A stretch of 64,000 nt of DNA from Eledone cirrhosa (GCA_964016885.1 OZ024742.1:284580001-284644000), one strand, 5' to 3'; positions 26,526 to 40,326 are shown, counted from the stretch's first letter. Notes: generated from the letters alone by a model not told the origin. Program-made: numbers and translations.

Positions 26526-28425
26526 AATAATGATTTCTTTATTGGCCACAAGGGCTGACATCAAGAAAAACATCACAGACGGTACAGGACGCTACGATGT
26601 GGGTTTTGTGCGTGTAAATATTTTTATTATTTATATAAGAAAAGAAAAAAAACATAAAACATATATATATATATAAACAATAAAATGAAAATTGAAACAA
26701 TGAAAAATTCCCCAATAGGGGGCAAACCTCCGAGGGTTACTCGTGGCGAAAACCACACAAAAGACCACGGCCACCCTGACTACCAGGGCAAGCGCCCTCT
26801 CTCAATTTTTCCATCTCTCAAACTACAGACGTATATTCAGAGTGGGCCCGTTCACTCGGACCATTCTCGCTACATTCATCCACCTTTCAACAAACTTGCT
26901 AGAAAGCAGCACTTGCCTCTCCACCCTGATTTTCCTCTTCAAGTGAAACTTGAAAAAGTTAATCAGGGATTCGCCGAAGAGGAAAGTGTCTGTCTTTAAT
27001 CCTTTTAACCTTGTCCACCACACAATCTCTTTCGCCATGGCCACCAGGCAGATGAAAACCGCCTGCCCTTCCTCCTCAAAGGAAGACGGCGAGACCATCT
27101 GCACAATGGACTCAGTCGATAACCGGATCAGTCCCACACGTGACAGCAACTGTTCGACATAGCTCCACAAGTCAGCAATGCTCGGGCACTGAACGAGTGC
27201 GTGCACAACGGTTTCGTCGCTATGCGCGCATCTCGGACAGGCTCGGCTGACGGCACTTCCGTGCCTATAGAGCTTATCTCGAACCGGCAGCGCTCCCCGG
27301 TAGCACTGCCAGGCCAGGGATTTTTGGAAGTTATCCATAAGCCCCGGGCTGAAAGTTCTCTGGAAGAGAGCAAGCAGCTGATCTTCTTCGACGCCCAGGA
27401 TCTCTCCGAGAACGTCGTCGCTCTTCCCCTCCACTAGTCCTCTATAGAACGCCGAGGTGGATGTTCCACCGATACTGGTGCCCAACTGGGAGAGGGCAGT
27501 GAGCGCCTGGAGACATTCCAGTTTCCAAGCGCTATCCCTCGGTCTTTTTCTGACCCAGGACTGCAGCCTCGTCAAGGAGACGAGCTGTGGGAAAATGTGT
27601 CTGGCGAACGGTGACCACACCCGTTCACCATCAAGGAAGCACCAGAGATGTCGCAGCCTCAGCGCATGTTTACGCATCATCAGCCATGGCATGCCCAGTC
27701 CTCCACGCAACGGGTGTTGACAGCAGATGGATCGTCTGACCATGGGAGCGCGTCCCTTCCACAAAAGGCGGAAGAGGAGGCGCTCCATTTTGGTGAGAGT
27801 TGGGCTGGAGCAAGGGACGACGGTGAGGCGGTAGCAGATGACGGATGCGATGTACGCATTCGCCACTTCCGCCCGGCCTTTCAGGGACAGCTTCCTCTCA
27901 GCCCATTTCTGGGTGAGGGAGGCCACTCTGCTCGTCACCTCGTTCCAGTTTTTCTCCATCTGGAGATCCGGTCCGAACCAGACCCCGAGCAATTTAATCG
28001 GTCCGTCCGTCCAACGCCCCCACGACGCTGTCGGACGGCATGGACTTGCCTCTCCAGGTGCCTAGCTGCAAGTCCACCGATTTTTCCTGGTTTATCTTTG
28101 CTCCTGTCACCGTTCCGTATTCCTTGAGAGCGGTGCCAAGCATCTGGACATGTCTGGTGCTCGACACCACCACGGTGACGTTGTCAGCGTAAGCCGACTC
28201 GCATTTCCCGCATCCTAGTTCGCGTGGGACGCTCCTCATCGCCCCCAGTTTGTGCAGTAACGGCTCGAGAGCCAATACGTACAAGAGGGACGAGAGGAGA
28301 CAACCCTGGCGGACTGAGCGCATGATGCTGAACGGCTGCGACAGGTGACCGTTCACCCTCACAACTGAGCAGATGTCGCTGTACATTGCTGCGATCCAAC
28401 GCCTGAAAACGGGCCCGAAACCTGC
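26526..28425 (-). mobile_element. 5'-truncated Tx1 copy (lineage A), RT C-terminal half + 3' UTR
   Basis: ORFs 27994-28467 and 26823-27992 closely match ORF2 of the 28566 element (RQGCLLS, YADN, CPRC). The 3' end reads CCCTTGTGGCCAATAAAGAAATCATTATT on the minus strand. Confidence 0.93.
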
Positions 28426-28565
28426 TTTTCTTATATAAATAAAAGTATTTACACGCACAAAACCCACATCGTACCGTCCTGTACCGTCCTGTGCCGTCTG
28501 TAATGTTTTTCTTGATGTCAGCCCTTGTGGCCAATAAAGAAATCATTATTATTATTATTATTATT
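28425..28565 (+). mobile_element. Tx1 3' UTR terminal fragment (~120 bp + ATT tail), inverted relative to the adjacent copy
   Basis: Reverse complement of 26530-26645 with a few substitutions and one extra 10-mer repeat; ends AATAAAGAAATC(ATT)n. Confidence 0.9.
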
Positions 28566-28779
28566 GAATGCCATGGTTGACGGAGGCTCGGCTCTGTAAG
28601 GTATAGTAATTTTTAACCGTTAAAACAATTGTAAATTGTTTAAAACTTGAACCAAATTGTTGATAAAGACACCCTCCTCCTCGTGAGAGGGGTCTTTCTG
28701 TCCGTTATTTGGCCCTTCGGGGTTAAATAACCAGTTATTGGGGTTTTGTACCCAATATTCATTTTAAACAAAAAACAAC

Positions 28780-30883
28780 ATGGCTACGAAAAAGAAATTT
28801 CATACGTCACTCCCACTCATTCCGTCTTCTTCTTCCTCAATCATCACTACAGCAGAGAGAAGATTGTCTCTCTCCCTCCCTTCTTTAAATGTGTCTCTCT
28901 CCCTCCCTTCTCTTTCGCAAGTGACGAAAGAAAAGAAAAGTCTCGTGCAAAGCGTGCAAGGTTTCTCCACGACGACGACGACAGCGACGAAACAGGTGTG
29001 CGGGAAATACGAAAACCCAGTTCATTCGTCTGACGTCAGGAATAATAGCAGTAGCAGCCGTAATAACAACAGCAACAGTGACAATGAAAACAACAGTAGC
29101 AGCCGCAACAGCATCACCAGCAGCATAAACAACAACAGCATTAGCAGCAGCAACACCAACAACAACCACAGCAACAGCGGCGGAGGCAGTAGTCGTAGTA
29201 CCTGCAGCAACAACAAAAGTACCAGCAGCTCTGACGACAACAACAACAGCAGAGAAAAACCAATCTCATTTGCAGGTATTGCGAAAAACTTGGAAACAAT
29301 CCTCATAACAAATGAGGAATTAGAGGAAGCGAAGAAGATGGTGACAAAGAACGGACACCGAGCAATCTGCAAGGCAGCGGAAAAATTTTTCGAAACCCAA
29401 GAGCACTGTACGGTCACGTACCGTACAGTAAGTACAAAATCCCGTAGGGTGGAAAGAGCCACAGAGGCCCAAATACAAAAAGCCTTGGGGTCTGTGTGGC
29501 AGCGGAAAACGCACATCACCCGAGGCAAAAAATATGCCACCGTAGACGTACTTTTTGCCACACCCCAGGAGGCAAAGGCCCAATCAGTAGTGACCCTAAG
29601 GAGCGAGGAAATGGTGTTGGTGCCCTCCTACTGCGGGCAAAAAATTGTGAGGGTCAAACTGACCCACGCCCCCCCCCCCCCCCCGGAATGACCCCTTCTT
29701 GGCTGGGCGCGTCTGTCCTCGTCGGAATCGAGGACAAAACAACTGTACTGCAAGTACAGAAAAAAGTAAGAGAAGATTGGGTCGGCTCCTCCATTGAGAT
29801 GCTAATCCAAACCAACCAGGAGTGCATCGAAGCTATCCCGGATGTGATAGACTTCGATAACGGCACTCAACTGCCCATAAGTGTTGAGGGCAAACGCCCG
29901 AAATGCTTTCGCTGTGGATCGAAGACTCACCTCAGGGCCTTCTGCAACGAGAAGACCCTGAGAAAGGAGAAACCCCCCTCCTTCCGAATCCGGCTCCACG
30001 GCTACCAGCAACAGGACAAGCGGCAACCAGGAACGATAGGTCCGTGACACCCATACCCACTCCACGGAAATCAAAAACAGCAGCAGCAGTGGAAATATTA
30101 ACAACAACAACAGTAATACCAAATGCAGCTGCAACAGAGACTCCAGTGCAAACATCACCAACAACAACAAGTGAAAGAGTGGAGCTGGTACCCCTCCCCG
30201 ACCTCACAGAATCAGACATGGAGTGTGAGGTGGGAGAGGGATGGCAAAAGGTCGCAAGAAGGCACAAACGCAGAAGCAGCGCATCGTCGCCTTTGAAAAG
30301 GGAGGAAAGAAATGAGAAAAGGGTAAAGTCTACTGCAAAGAGACCCACAGCAGCAACACCACCAACACCATTACCACCCACACCAGCACCACCATCACCA
30401 CCGGCGACAACCCCACCGCCAACAACACCTTCAACACCACCACCACAAGCACCAACATCGCAAACACAACAACAAAACACACACACCCAGCAACAACGAC
30501 AAGAAAATAGCAGAACCACACCCCACCCCCAGAAAAACAAATGCACGGCAATAAACACACACAACAAGAAACTAATGACTTACATAATTGAACACACAGA
30601 CATTTCACAACAGGACTACATAATACCAGCACCAATCAAAACGCCAACTAACATAAGACTGCTAAAAATAGCACAGAAACAATACACAAATATTAAAACG
30701 AAATTCCCCAACGCAGTTGGTGATTTCAGGGACCTAGGAGGAACCATCAATCGAAGAGTATACTCAGACATTCTCTTAGAAGAGCCGACGACCAGCCGAA
30801 GGGACGATTCAACGGTCCCTTCACCAGACGATCAAGTGAAAAGGGATGTAAAAACCATCCCTCCTCTACCAAAAGTACGGTAA
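28780..30883 (+). pseudogene. Tx1 ORF1 (gag-like, CCHC zinc knuckle) with two frameshifts in C-runs
   Basis: Three overlapping ORF-track frames (28780-29691, 29496-30047, 29903-30883) join at the C16 run 29669-29684 and the C-run near 29973. Contains the knuckle CFRCGSKTHLRAFC, an Asn/Ser-rich N-terminus and a Pro/Thr-rich C-terminus. Confidence 0.85.
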
Positions 30884-30918
30884 GTGGTCTTTCCCATCTT
30901 TTCCACTCTATTTTATAC

Positions 30919-33900
30919 ATGACCTCACTCAGAATAGGCAGCATAAATGCGCGTGGCTTGGGGTCGTCATGGAAGCAGGGTCACCTGCTCAACGACCTCA
31001 GGTCACTAAACATAGATGTAGTGGCCATCAGCGAGACCAGAATCTCCGAAGCACGGGCCTTCGCACCGATCTTCGGCGGCTACGATGTGTACGCATCTCC
31101 CAGCCGTCCTGGATCGGGTGGAGGAGTTGCTGTGCTTTTTCGGAGAGGTTTGGATCTCGCCATACGGGCCGTCTTCCTGGACCCAGAGGGTAAGCTGGTG
31201 GTGCTGGACGTGACCAGCGGAGACGGGCAAGCTTTCAGGCTAGTGGCCGTCTATGCCCCGACAGGAGCAGGGCGGCCTGATTTCTTCCGGCGTCTGGAGA
31301 CCTTTCTTGGAACCTCCCGCTCTTTAGTGTTAGTGGGCGACTGGAAAGGGATCTTAGATGCACGCTGGGACTGTGTGGGATTAGCGGATAGGGGTGGAGG
31401 TGCAAGAGCCTCACCAACCTGCTCAGGCGTTTTGAACTGTCTGACAGGTACCGATTGGATTTCCCGAATGTGCCAATGTGGACTTGGACAAACCGCATAG
31501 GGTCATCCAGATCATATCTAGATAGAGTATTTTGTAGGGAAATAGATAGGTCTAGCATAGGCTGTCCACAATTCAAGATAGTCAGCTACACGGACCACAA
31601 ATTCGTGACCTGTGTGCTTGACTTAGATAGGCTTCATAGACGAGGACCCGGCTACTGGAAGCTAAACGCGTCCTTACCAGCGCGCAAGGCCTACAGAGAC
31701 CGGATTAGCGAACTAATTAAGCGGGCGTTGACGGGGGCCATCGTCGACAACAAGTGGTGGTTTGCTCTGAAAAGAGCGATTAGAATAGAATCGATTAGGT
31801 TTAGTAAGGCTTTAGCAATAGAGAAAAATAGAGCAGAGGGAGAACTAGTTAGAAAATTAGACGAGGCGCTTAGCAAAGGCATTGCGACCGACGTGCTTGC
31901 GGCGAAATTGGCCCTTGACCAATTCTTCAATGCAAAGCACGAAGGCTGCGTTGTCAGAGCTAGGGAGCGTGCTCTCAGACACGAGGGGACGAAAGCCGTT
32001 CAATGGGCCCGAGTGGCGGAGGCGCGTCGTGGCAACAAAGCCACGATCCGGTCTTTGGTGGACCACGACGGGCGCATGCTACTCGATCCCGGGCAAATGT
32101 GTGAAGCTTTTCAGCGACACTTCGCTCAGCTGTTCGGGGGCAGCGGTGGGCCGGGTCGAGGGATGGACTTTAGTGTCTACCTCGACGGACTGCCGCGGCT
32201 CTCGGCCACTGAGGCGAAGTGTTGCGAAAAGCCGATAACAGCCGCTGAAGTAAGGGAGGCAATGACTGGCTGCACAAGGGGTAAATCGCCTGGTTTGGAT
32301 GGTCTGCCCTATGAACTTTACGTACAGATGCCAGACTTGTTCGGAGGCCTCTTGGCGGACGTCTACTGCAACTGGCAACAGAACGGGAGAATTCCCAGTT
32401 CTGTGAGCCGAGGAGCGGTGGCACTGCTGAGAAAGGATCCGAACAAGGGGGATAACATAGACAATTTCCGGCCCATAACTCTGCTAAACACAGAGTTCAA
32501 GATTTTGGCCAAGGTGCTAGCAAAGAGGTTGGCGCTTGTCGTTAGTGGTCTGGTGGGAGAGGCGCAGACATGCGCCATTCCCGACAGATCCATCCACGAC
32601 AACCTCCACCTCATGCGATACATCATAGAGAGGGTAGCTAAGGAACCTGGCACGGGTGGGTCCTTGATCAATTTAGATCAGTCGAAAGCTTTCGATAGGG
32701 TCGACCATCGTTACCTAGCGGCAGTCCTGAGGGTGGCTGGCTTTGGGCCCGTCTTCAGAGGCTGGATCGCTGCCATGCACAGCGACATCTGCTCTGTGGT
32801 GAGAGTGAACGGTCACCTGTCGGAACCGTTCAACATCATGCGCTCGGTTCGCCAAGGATGTCCCCTCTCGTCCCTCTTGTACGTATTGACTCTCGAGCCA
32901 TTACTGCACAAACTGGAGACGTTGAGGGGAGTCCCGCGCGAACTAGGATGCGGAAGATCCGTGTCAGCATATGCGGACGATGTCACCGTAGTGGTGTCGA
33001 ACGCCAAACACATCGAGGCGATCGGCACTACACTAAGAGAATACGAAGCGGTGACAGGAGCAATGATCAACCAGGAAAAGTCAGTGGGCCTGCAGCTCGG
33101 CACCTGGAGAGGCAGGTCCATGCCGTCCAACAGCGTCGTCGGGCGCTGGACGGACGGACCGGTTAAATTGCTAGGGGTCTGGTTCGGTCCGGACCTCCAG
33201 ACGGACAAAAACTGGGACGAGGTGACGAGCAGGGTGGCTTCTCTCACCCAGAAATGGGCGGAGAGGAAGCTATCCCTGAAAGGTCGAGCGGAGGTGGCTA
33301 ACGCGTACATCGCGTCTGTCATCTGCTACCGCCTAACCGTCGTACCTTGTCCTAAGCCTCGCCTGACTGCGCTGGAGCGTTTGCTCTTTCGCTTTTTGTG
33401 GAAGGGACGTGCTCCGATGGTCAGGCGGTCCATCTGTTGTCAACACCCGCTACGTGGAGGGCTGGGCATGCCGTGGCTGATGATGCGCAGGCACGCGCTC
33501 AGGCTACGACATCTCCACCTCTTCCTCGACGGTGATCAGGTGTGGTCGCCGTTTGCTAGACGCGTTTTTCCCCAGCTCGTTTCCTTGGCGGAGCTGCAGT
33601 CCTGGGTCAAGCGAAGACCGAGAGGGAGCGCCTGGAGACTGGAATGTCTTCAGGCGCTCACAGCCCTCGACCAATCGGGCAATGTGATCGGTGGAAACTC
33701 CACCTCGGCGTTCTATAGAGGATTAGTGGAGGGGAAGAGCGACGACGTACTTGGGGAAACTCTAGGCGTCGACGAAAATCAACTAGCCAATCTCTTCGGA
33801 AGAACTTTCGGGCCGGGGCCTATGGACAACTTCCAGAAATCTCTGGCCTGGCAGTGCTACCGAGGAGCCTTGCCAGTTCGGGATAAACTCTACAGGCATG

Positions 33901-34337
33901 GAGGTGCCGTCAGCCGGGCATGTCCGAGATGCGCGCAGGGCGACGAAACCGTCCTGCACGCACTCGTCCAGTGTCCGAAAATTGCTGACTTGTGGGTTTA
34001 TGTCGAACACCTGCAGTCGCGTTTAGGAGGGATCCGGCTATCATCTGAGTCCATCGTGAGGATTGCCCCGCCCTCCTCCTTTAGCCGGGAAGGGCAGGCA
34101 GTTTTTATCTGCCTGGTGGCCATGGTGAAAGAGATAGTATGGTGGACACGTTTGAAAGGGCTGAAGACGAGCACTTACCTCTTCGGTGATGCTCTGATTG
34201 ACTTTTTCAAATTTCATTTGAGAAGGAAAATCAGAGTAGAGAGGGAAGTGCTCTCTTCCCAGCATTTTGTTGAAAGATGGGTGAGAGAAGCAAGAATGGC
34301 CCGAGTGAATGGGCCTACTCTGAGTATATATCTGTAA
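30919..34337 (+). CDS. Tx1 ORF2: APE endonuclease + reverse transcriptase + C-terminal zinc finger, with one frameshift near 31395
   Basis: EN motifs SINARGL, ISET, VGDW, SYLDRV, YTDH. RT motifs KSPGLDGLP, NFRPITLLN, LDQSKAFDRV, RQGCPLS, YADD. C-terminal CPRC..ETVLHALVQC. Frames 30919-31500 and 31455-34337 join in the G-rich patch 31391-31400. Confidence 0.93.
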
Positions 34338-34582
34338 ATTAAAGGTGGAAAACTGGGAGAGGGCACTTGCCTTGGTGGTCAGGGTCATTGTGGCTTTTTA
34401 CTGGGCTTTCTCCACAAATGTCCCTCCGAAGTCTGCCCCCTATTGGGGAATTTTTCATTGTTATTTTTTGTTACATCCTGTTTTTGTTTTTTACACGCAG
34501 AAATGCCATTTGTACCGTCCTGCATTGTCCTGCACTGTCCTTAATGTCTACTTTATGTAAACCCTTGTGGTTAATAAAGAAA

Positions 34583-34629
<47 letters not shown>

Positions 34630-35496
34630 GTCCACTTCGATGATGATGATGATATTTATGTGTAATACGCATACATACATACATACATACATACATACAT
34701 ACATACATACATACATACAATAGTACGTAGTATTAAATGCCTCGGTTTTTGTTCCGGCTCTTTGTGCTCTGAGTTCAAATCGGACCGAGATCAACTTTTT
34801 TGTTCATCTTTTCGGGGTCGATAAATATACAGAACCAATCAAGATGGCGAGGAATTGACAGCATTTCTAGAGTCAGACAGAATGTTTTACAGTGATCCGC
34901 CTCTGTGTGTTCTGATTTCAAATACTACCACCTCCTCCTACACCTATTAGGAGGTGCGAACAGCAAATAGTATCTGCAATGAAAAACCAATGGAAAAAGT
35001 TTCCTTGGTCAGATCTAACGATTGACTCCTTTCCTATCCTTTAATTATTAATGCGCGGCCGCAACCAAACAACCTTCTAACATTACGTAAATTTCGTTAT
35101 GCTTATCATAATTTTGTTCATAATTTTTTGTCAGATTTCTTTAAAAAGCTATCGGGTCGTCAATTATGAAATTATGAAATTTGTAGAAATTTGTAGAAAA
35201 AAAGAAATTTTTTTACAAATTTCAAACTTGACGACCCAATAAATGATTCTACACTTTGGCAGATGAAAGGTGAAACAAGTGTTCCCCAATGAGATTTTAA
35301 TGAAATATGAAACTAGTCCATATGATACACAAATCAGGGTGCTGATGCTCGTATGATTTACCCACGAGATCAGTTTCACAGCGAGACAAAATGTATGTTT
35401 ATGGCTTCCAGATAAATATGTATTCACAGCCACCGTGTATTGGTACGGTAGTTAAAAAATGTATGTATGTATGTATGTATGTATGTATGTATGTAT

Positions 35497-38390
35497 GTTC
35501 TTCTGGTTTTATAATTTCACAAATTTTTACCAATAGAGAGAGAGTCGGTTTCTAACATAGACACAAGACTCTCTCATTGGAATTTACACATCAACTAGGT
35601 AGATTATGTATGCATGTCTGCATGTGTAGATATGGATGTTATTGTATTTGTGGATGTGTATGTTTTGAGTTGTATGTGTGCATGTGTATATGCAGTTATT
35701 AGATGCAAAATTTTTGGAATGTTTTACATATTTTTACTATTCCATTAATGGATTGTACTTGTAATTTCCCAACTAGTTGTGTTCTTTCTGTTCCTGTGAA
35801 GCCTAGCTTCTCAAGATTTGTACTGAGGCAGTTACTAACATATCCCAGCGCCCCAATAATCTGAAAGTGTAATCAGGGTGGAGTATCTGCAGATTTCTCA
35901 TCAGTTCTGCATAAATATTCTCCTTTTCGCTAATCTTTGATATTATATTGGCATCTGCTGGGCAGCTAATTTCCACTACTGTGCATGCTTTCTTCTCCCT
36001 GTCCCATATCATAATATCTGGTCTGTTATGCCTGCATTTTATTGGGGTTTTTAATGGAACATACCACCAGTACTCTTTCCTATTATGTACATGGATATCT
36101 TCCCCATTGCTGTAGCTTTTAATGTGTTTATTATCGGGGCTATCTTTTTTACGAACTGCATTGTACAGTGTTTTGCCCACTACATCATGCCTCATAGGTA
36201 GATAGTACCGCGATGACATCTTTGGACAGCTGCTGATGACATGGGTGATATCCTCGATGATAGTTCTTCAGAGCCTGCACTTGTTATCACATCTAGGTGT
36301 TTTGCCTGCATCTCTATCTCTTTTGTGAATCAGGTATTTCGTGTTAATCTCCTGTTCTTGGATTACAAAAGCGTATCCTTCAAAGTGGGAGCCAATATAG
36401 CGGTTGTTGGTCCAAGATAGACTACTTTCCTTATCTATATTACTCTCACTCTGGAGCGTCCTGGCAACATATCCATGCATGATTTTTTGCTGATAAGCAT
36501 GAAACTTTTCATCCATGGATTCACTGCGATACTGCTGAGCGACATCCCTGGGTGTGAGTTTTTTGATTATCACACAGAGAATATCTCTCGAGGAGTTCCT
36601 TCCCAACTCTGATGATCTTATCTGTTTCATGCAGATAAACTTGCTCAAGAAACAGGCTCCTACGCTTCGAGGTTCGTAGATGTTGTCGGAGAGATATGAT
36701 GCAACATTCAAATGTTGTCTGGACTGATGTAAGGCCTCTGCCTCCCTGCTTACGTTTCAAGTAAAAGCGGTCTATGTCACTGTTGATGTGGAAGTTTCCG
36801 GTGTTGTTTAGTATTTTTCGAGTTCCAACATCAACTGCTCGGATTTCGTCTATCGTCCAATTGAGTATTCCAAACGTTGGTGTTAGGACAGGCACAGCAA
36901 ACACATTGTGAGCCACTGTTTTGTTTTGCGCAGAGAGTTCCGATGACCAGATCTTTCTTAATCGGGTGTAGTATTCCCTGGTTACGCGTTCTTTATTACA
37001 GATACCATTATAGGATGTTCTCATCTATCCCAAGGTATCTTTAGCAGTCCTCATCAGATATCGGTGAAACAGTTACGCCATTGATGACAATGTTCCTAGA
37101 TTGGGTTGTTGTTTTTCCCGCTTTACAATCATGTATGAGCATTTATCTTGGCCAAACTCCATTCCTATATCCTTTGAGAACGTTGTAACCAGGTGAAGAT
37201 TGTTCTTCATCCCATCCATGTTCTTGGCATAGCGTTTCAGATCGTCCACAAAGAAATTATGGGTTAGGTTCGTATTTCTGTCCTCCTGTGAGCCAATGAT
37301 GTATCCCTCATATTTCTTGAGCAGAAAGGACAAGGGGTTTAATGACAAGATGAATAATATCACAGAGAGACTGTCCTCCTGAAATATACCCCTGCAATAT
37401 TTTATTTTATCAGTGAAAATAGAGTCCTCCCACTCTATCTTTAACCTTAGGATAGTAGCCCAAGAAGAAGACAGCCTCTCTATGGCTCTGACAATAATGT
37501 CTGGGACTTTAGCAAGTTGGAGGGCCTCTATCATCCAAGAGTGGGGAACAGAATCGAAAGCTTTCCTGTAGTCCAGCCAGACTGTATTCATATTCCTCCT
37601 AAGTTGTCGCACCTCCGACATCGCAGTTTTGTTGATTAGGAGTTGTTCAGCACATCCCCAAACCCCTTTCTTTCCAGCTGCTTGTTCATCTGTGATGATG
37701 TTATTATTTTCACAGTGATCTTGGAGGAATAGGTTCAGGCAGGCTGTATACATCTTATACATCAGGTTCTGGCATGTAATGGGTCGGTAGTTTTTTGCCA
37801 AGTGGGTGTCTTTGTTCTTGGGGACCAGTAATGTTTGTGCTAATGTCAACCATTCTGGTATAAGTGTATCTCCCTTAAGAACTTGTTGGTAGAGGTCAGT
37901 AAGATACCTCCGATAGAATATCAGTTTTTTGTACCAGTAGCCGACAATCATGTCTCTTCCTGGTGTTTTCTTATCTTGGAGTTTTCCTATCACAGTCTCA
38001 AGGGTACCCTCACTTATTTCGTATGTTTTTGTTGTAGTGTAGGAGTAATAGTTCTTTCGGATTTCTTTTAGCCACACTGCATCTTGGTTGAAATTCTTCT
38101 TTTCACTCCATATTTTTCTCCAAAAGGAATCTGTCTTTCTGGGATGGGGCCTCAGTGACACTTATTATTTTGTTCTTCATATCTCTATAGACTGATGTTT
38201 GGTTTCCTCTGAATCTTTTATTAAGCACTTTTCTCTCATCTACCATCTTCAGGTATCGGCGTTTTTCGCTAACAGTTCTCAATTCTTGTTTGAGGGTGAT
38301 CAGCTTATATTGAAGAGTTCTGGTTCTACTGTTACCAAACAGCGTCTCTATTTTATTTATCACTCTTTGTTGGTGAGGAGTGAGGTTTTT
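35497..38390 (-). mobile_element. 5'-truncated R4/Dong-like RLE non-LTR retrotransposon (family 1) in (CATA)n
   Basis: RT in 37073-38161 (KTPGRD, NYRPITC, WLDYRKAFDSV, GIFQEDSLS, FVDD). C-terminal CRL..ITHVISSC, RHD and NRPDIMIWD..VEISC form a restriction-like endonuclease. Frameshifted; (TATG)n lies on both sides on the + strand. Confidence 0.9.
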
Positions 38391-38567
38391 TGTATGTATG
38401 TATGTATGTATGTATGTATGTATGTATGTATGTATGTATGTATGTATGTATGTATGTATGTATGCGTGTATGTGTGTATGTATGTATGTATGTATGCATG
38501 TATGTATGCATGTATGTGTATGTATGTACGTGTGTATGTATGTTTGTATGTTTGTGTGTTTGTATGT

Positions 38568-38831
38568 ATGTAAAACATTCCAAAAATTCTGCATTTAATA
38601 ACTGCATATACACTTATACAGATACAAAGCATATGCACATGCACACATACAACTCAAAATATACACATCCACATAATAACATCCATACCTGCACAGGCAT
38701 GCATGCATGCTTATATGCATACATATCTACGTAGTTGAAGTGTAAATTCCAATGAGAGAGTCTTGTATCTAAGTTAGAAACCGACTCTATCTCTATTGGC
38801 AAAATTTGTGAAATTATAAAACTAGAAGAAC
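38568..38831 (+). mobile_element. R4/Dong-like family 1, 3'-end fragment
   Basis: CKTFQKFCI* plus a 3' UTR matching the reverse complement of 35497-35730; followed by degenerate (CATA)n. Confidence 0.85.
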
Positions 38832-38976
38832 TTGCATATATACATATATACATACACACATAATACATACATACAGACATATATACACACATACATACAT
38901 ACGTAAATACATACATGCATGCATACATACACAGATACATACGTACATACATACATACATTCATACATATATACAT

Positions 38977-40326
38977 AGGAGAGAACCAGAACTGAATACC
39001 TCAGAAGAGTAAAGAAAATATGGTCATCAGAACTGTCAGCGTACAACAAATACATTGCCCACAATACTTATGCTGTGCCAATTCTAACGCCAACATTTGG
39101 CCTGCTGAACTGGTCATTGCAAGAACTAAGTGAGATATGGATGTTAGAACTCGCAAACTTCTCAGTGTTATTGGGAACTTTAACATCAATGGTGATGTCA
39201 ATAGGCTATACTTCACATGCAAGGAAGGTGGCCGGGGTCTAAAATCCATATTAACATCATATGAGACCCGGATAGTAACACTGAAGCCACATCTGCAACA
39301 GAGGAAAAAGGTTGGCAACCATCTTGCCCAGGTTTATGAGCATGAAAAAAAAATATTAGAATAGCCACTGATCTGGAGGAGAGATATGGAATAAAGCCTG
39401 ATATAAATCTCTCACCCAGAGAAATCGGAAGATTCTATTCAATGTTCAAACAAGATGAAAAAATTGACCAATTTACAGAAAATGTTGTGTATGGATACTT
39501 GAGACGTAAAACACAGACCATAGAGGGGATAAACCACTCAAAAAGCCTGGCATGGAGTTCCGACAAGTTTATGACATCACACCTTGAGGGATATCTCTAT
39601 GCAATACAGGAACAAGAACTCCCTACCAAATATCTGCTGCACAAAAAGGGAGGGTCATCAGCTGACATAAATGTAGGCTATGTAAAACAAAGATCGAGGA
39701 TGTAAGCCACATTGTTGCCAGCTGCGAAAGAATGTCATTTCGCTATTACCTCCCCATGAGACACGATGGGATAGCTAGAACCGTCTGGAACGCACTTCGG
39801 AAAACAAAATTAACAACAAACGAGGAAGAATATATTGAGACAGATGGCACTAAGGAATACTGGTGGAACCTGAAAATAAAAACTGCCACCAAATTAAAGA
39901 ACAACCGGCCTGATATTGGTGTTTGGGACCACACATTGAAAACGTGTTCTGTTGTGGAGATCAGCTGCACACTTGATGTAAACGTTGGCAGAAAAATACA
40001 GGAGAAGGAGGACATCTACGGACCATTGATGAGGAGTTTACAAATCCAGTATCCAAGATACACCTTTAGCTTCATACCCATCATTATTGGAGCTACGGGT
40101 TATATACCAACCCGCTTGGAGCAAAGTATGACTGAACTTGGATTTGCGGACAAAGAGCGCAGCTCCCTAATTCATAGTCTACAAATGGCTGCGATAGCTG
40201 GCACCTTCAAAATTTGCAAAACATTCTTGCGATTCAAGGGATGACAATTTCTTTTCTTTTACAACCTTGCCACCAGGAAGGTGGCCGGTCAAAAAAATAT
40301 ACTCGAAATGAAGAGAAAAAGATAGC
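38977..40326 (+). mobile_element. 5'-truncated R4/Dong-like RLE retrotransposon (family 2) in (CATA)n
   Basis: EGGRGL, AIQEQEL, RHD, EYWWN, NRPDIGVWD..VEISC and PIIIGATG motifs. The 3' UTR differs from family 1; CATA repeats lie on both sides. Confidence 0.88.

Larger units (their letters stand above)
28566..34629 (+). mobile_element. Full-length Tx1/L1-clade non-LTR retrotransposon, (ATT)n-associated lineage A
   Basis: 5' UTR starts directly after an (ATT)n tract (28545-28565). It carries ORF1 and ORF2, and the 3' UTR ends CCCTTGTGGTTAATAAAGAAATC followed by (ATT)n (34585-34629). Confidence 0.95.

Noticed and set aside
29961-29985. Programmed -1 frameshift in ORF1
   Set aside because: No in-frame X XXY YYZ heptamer; a homopolymer indel is simpler.
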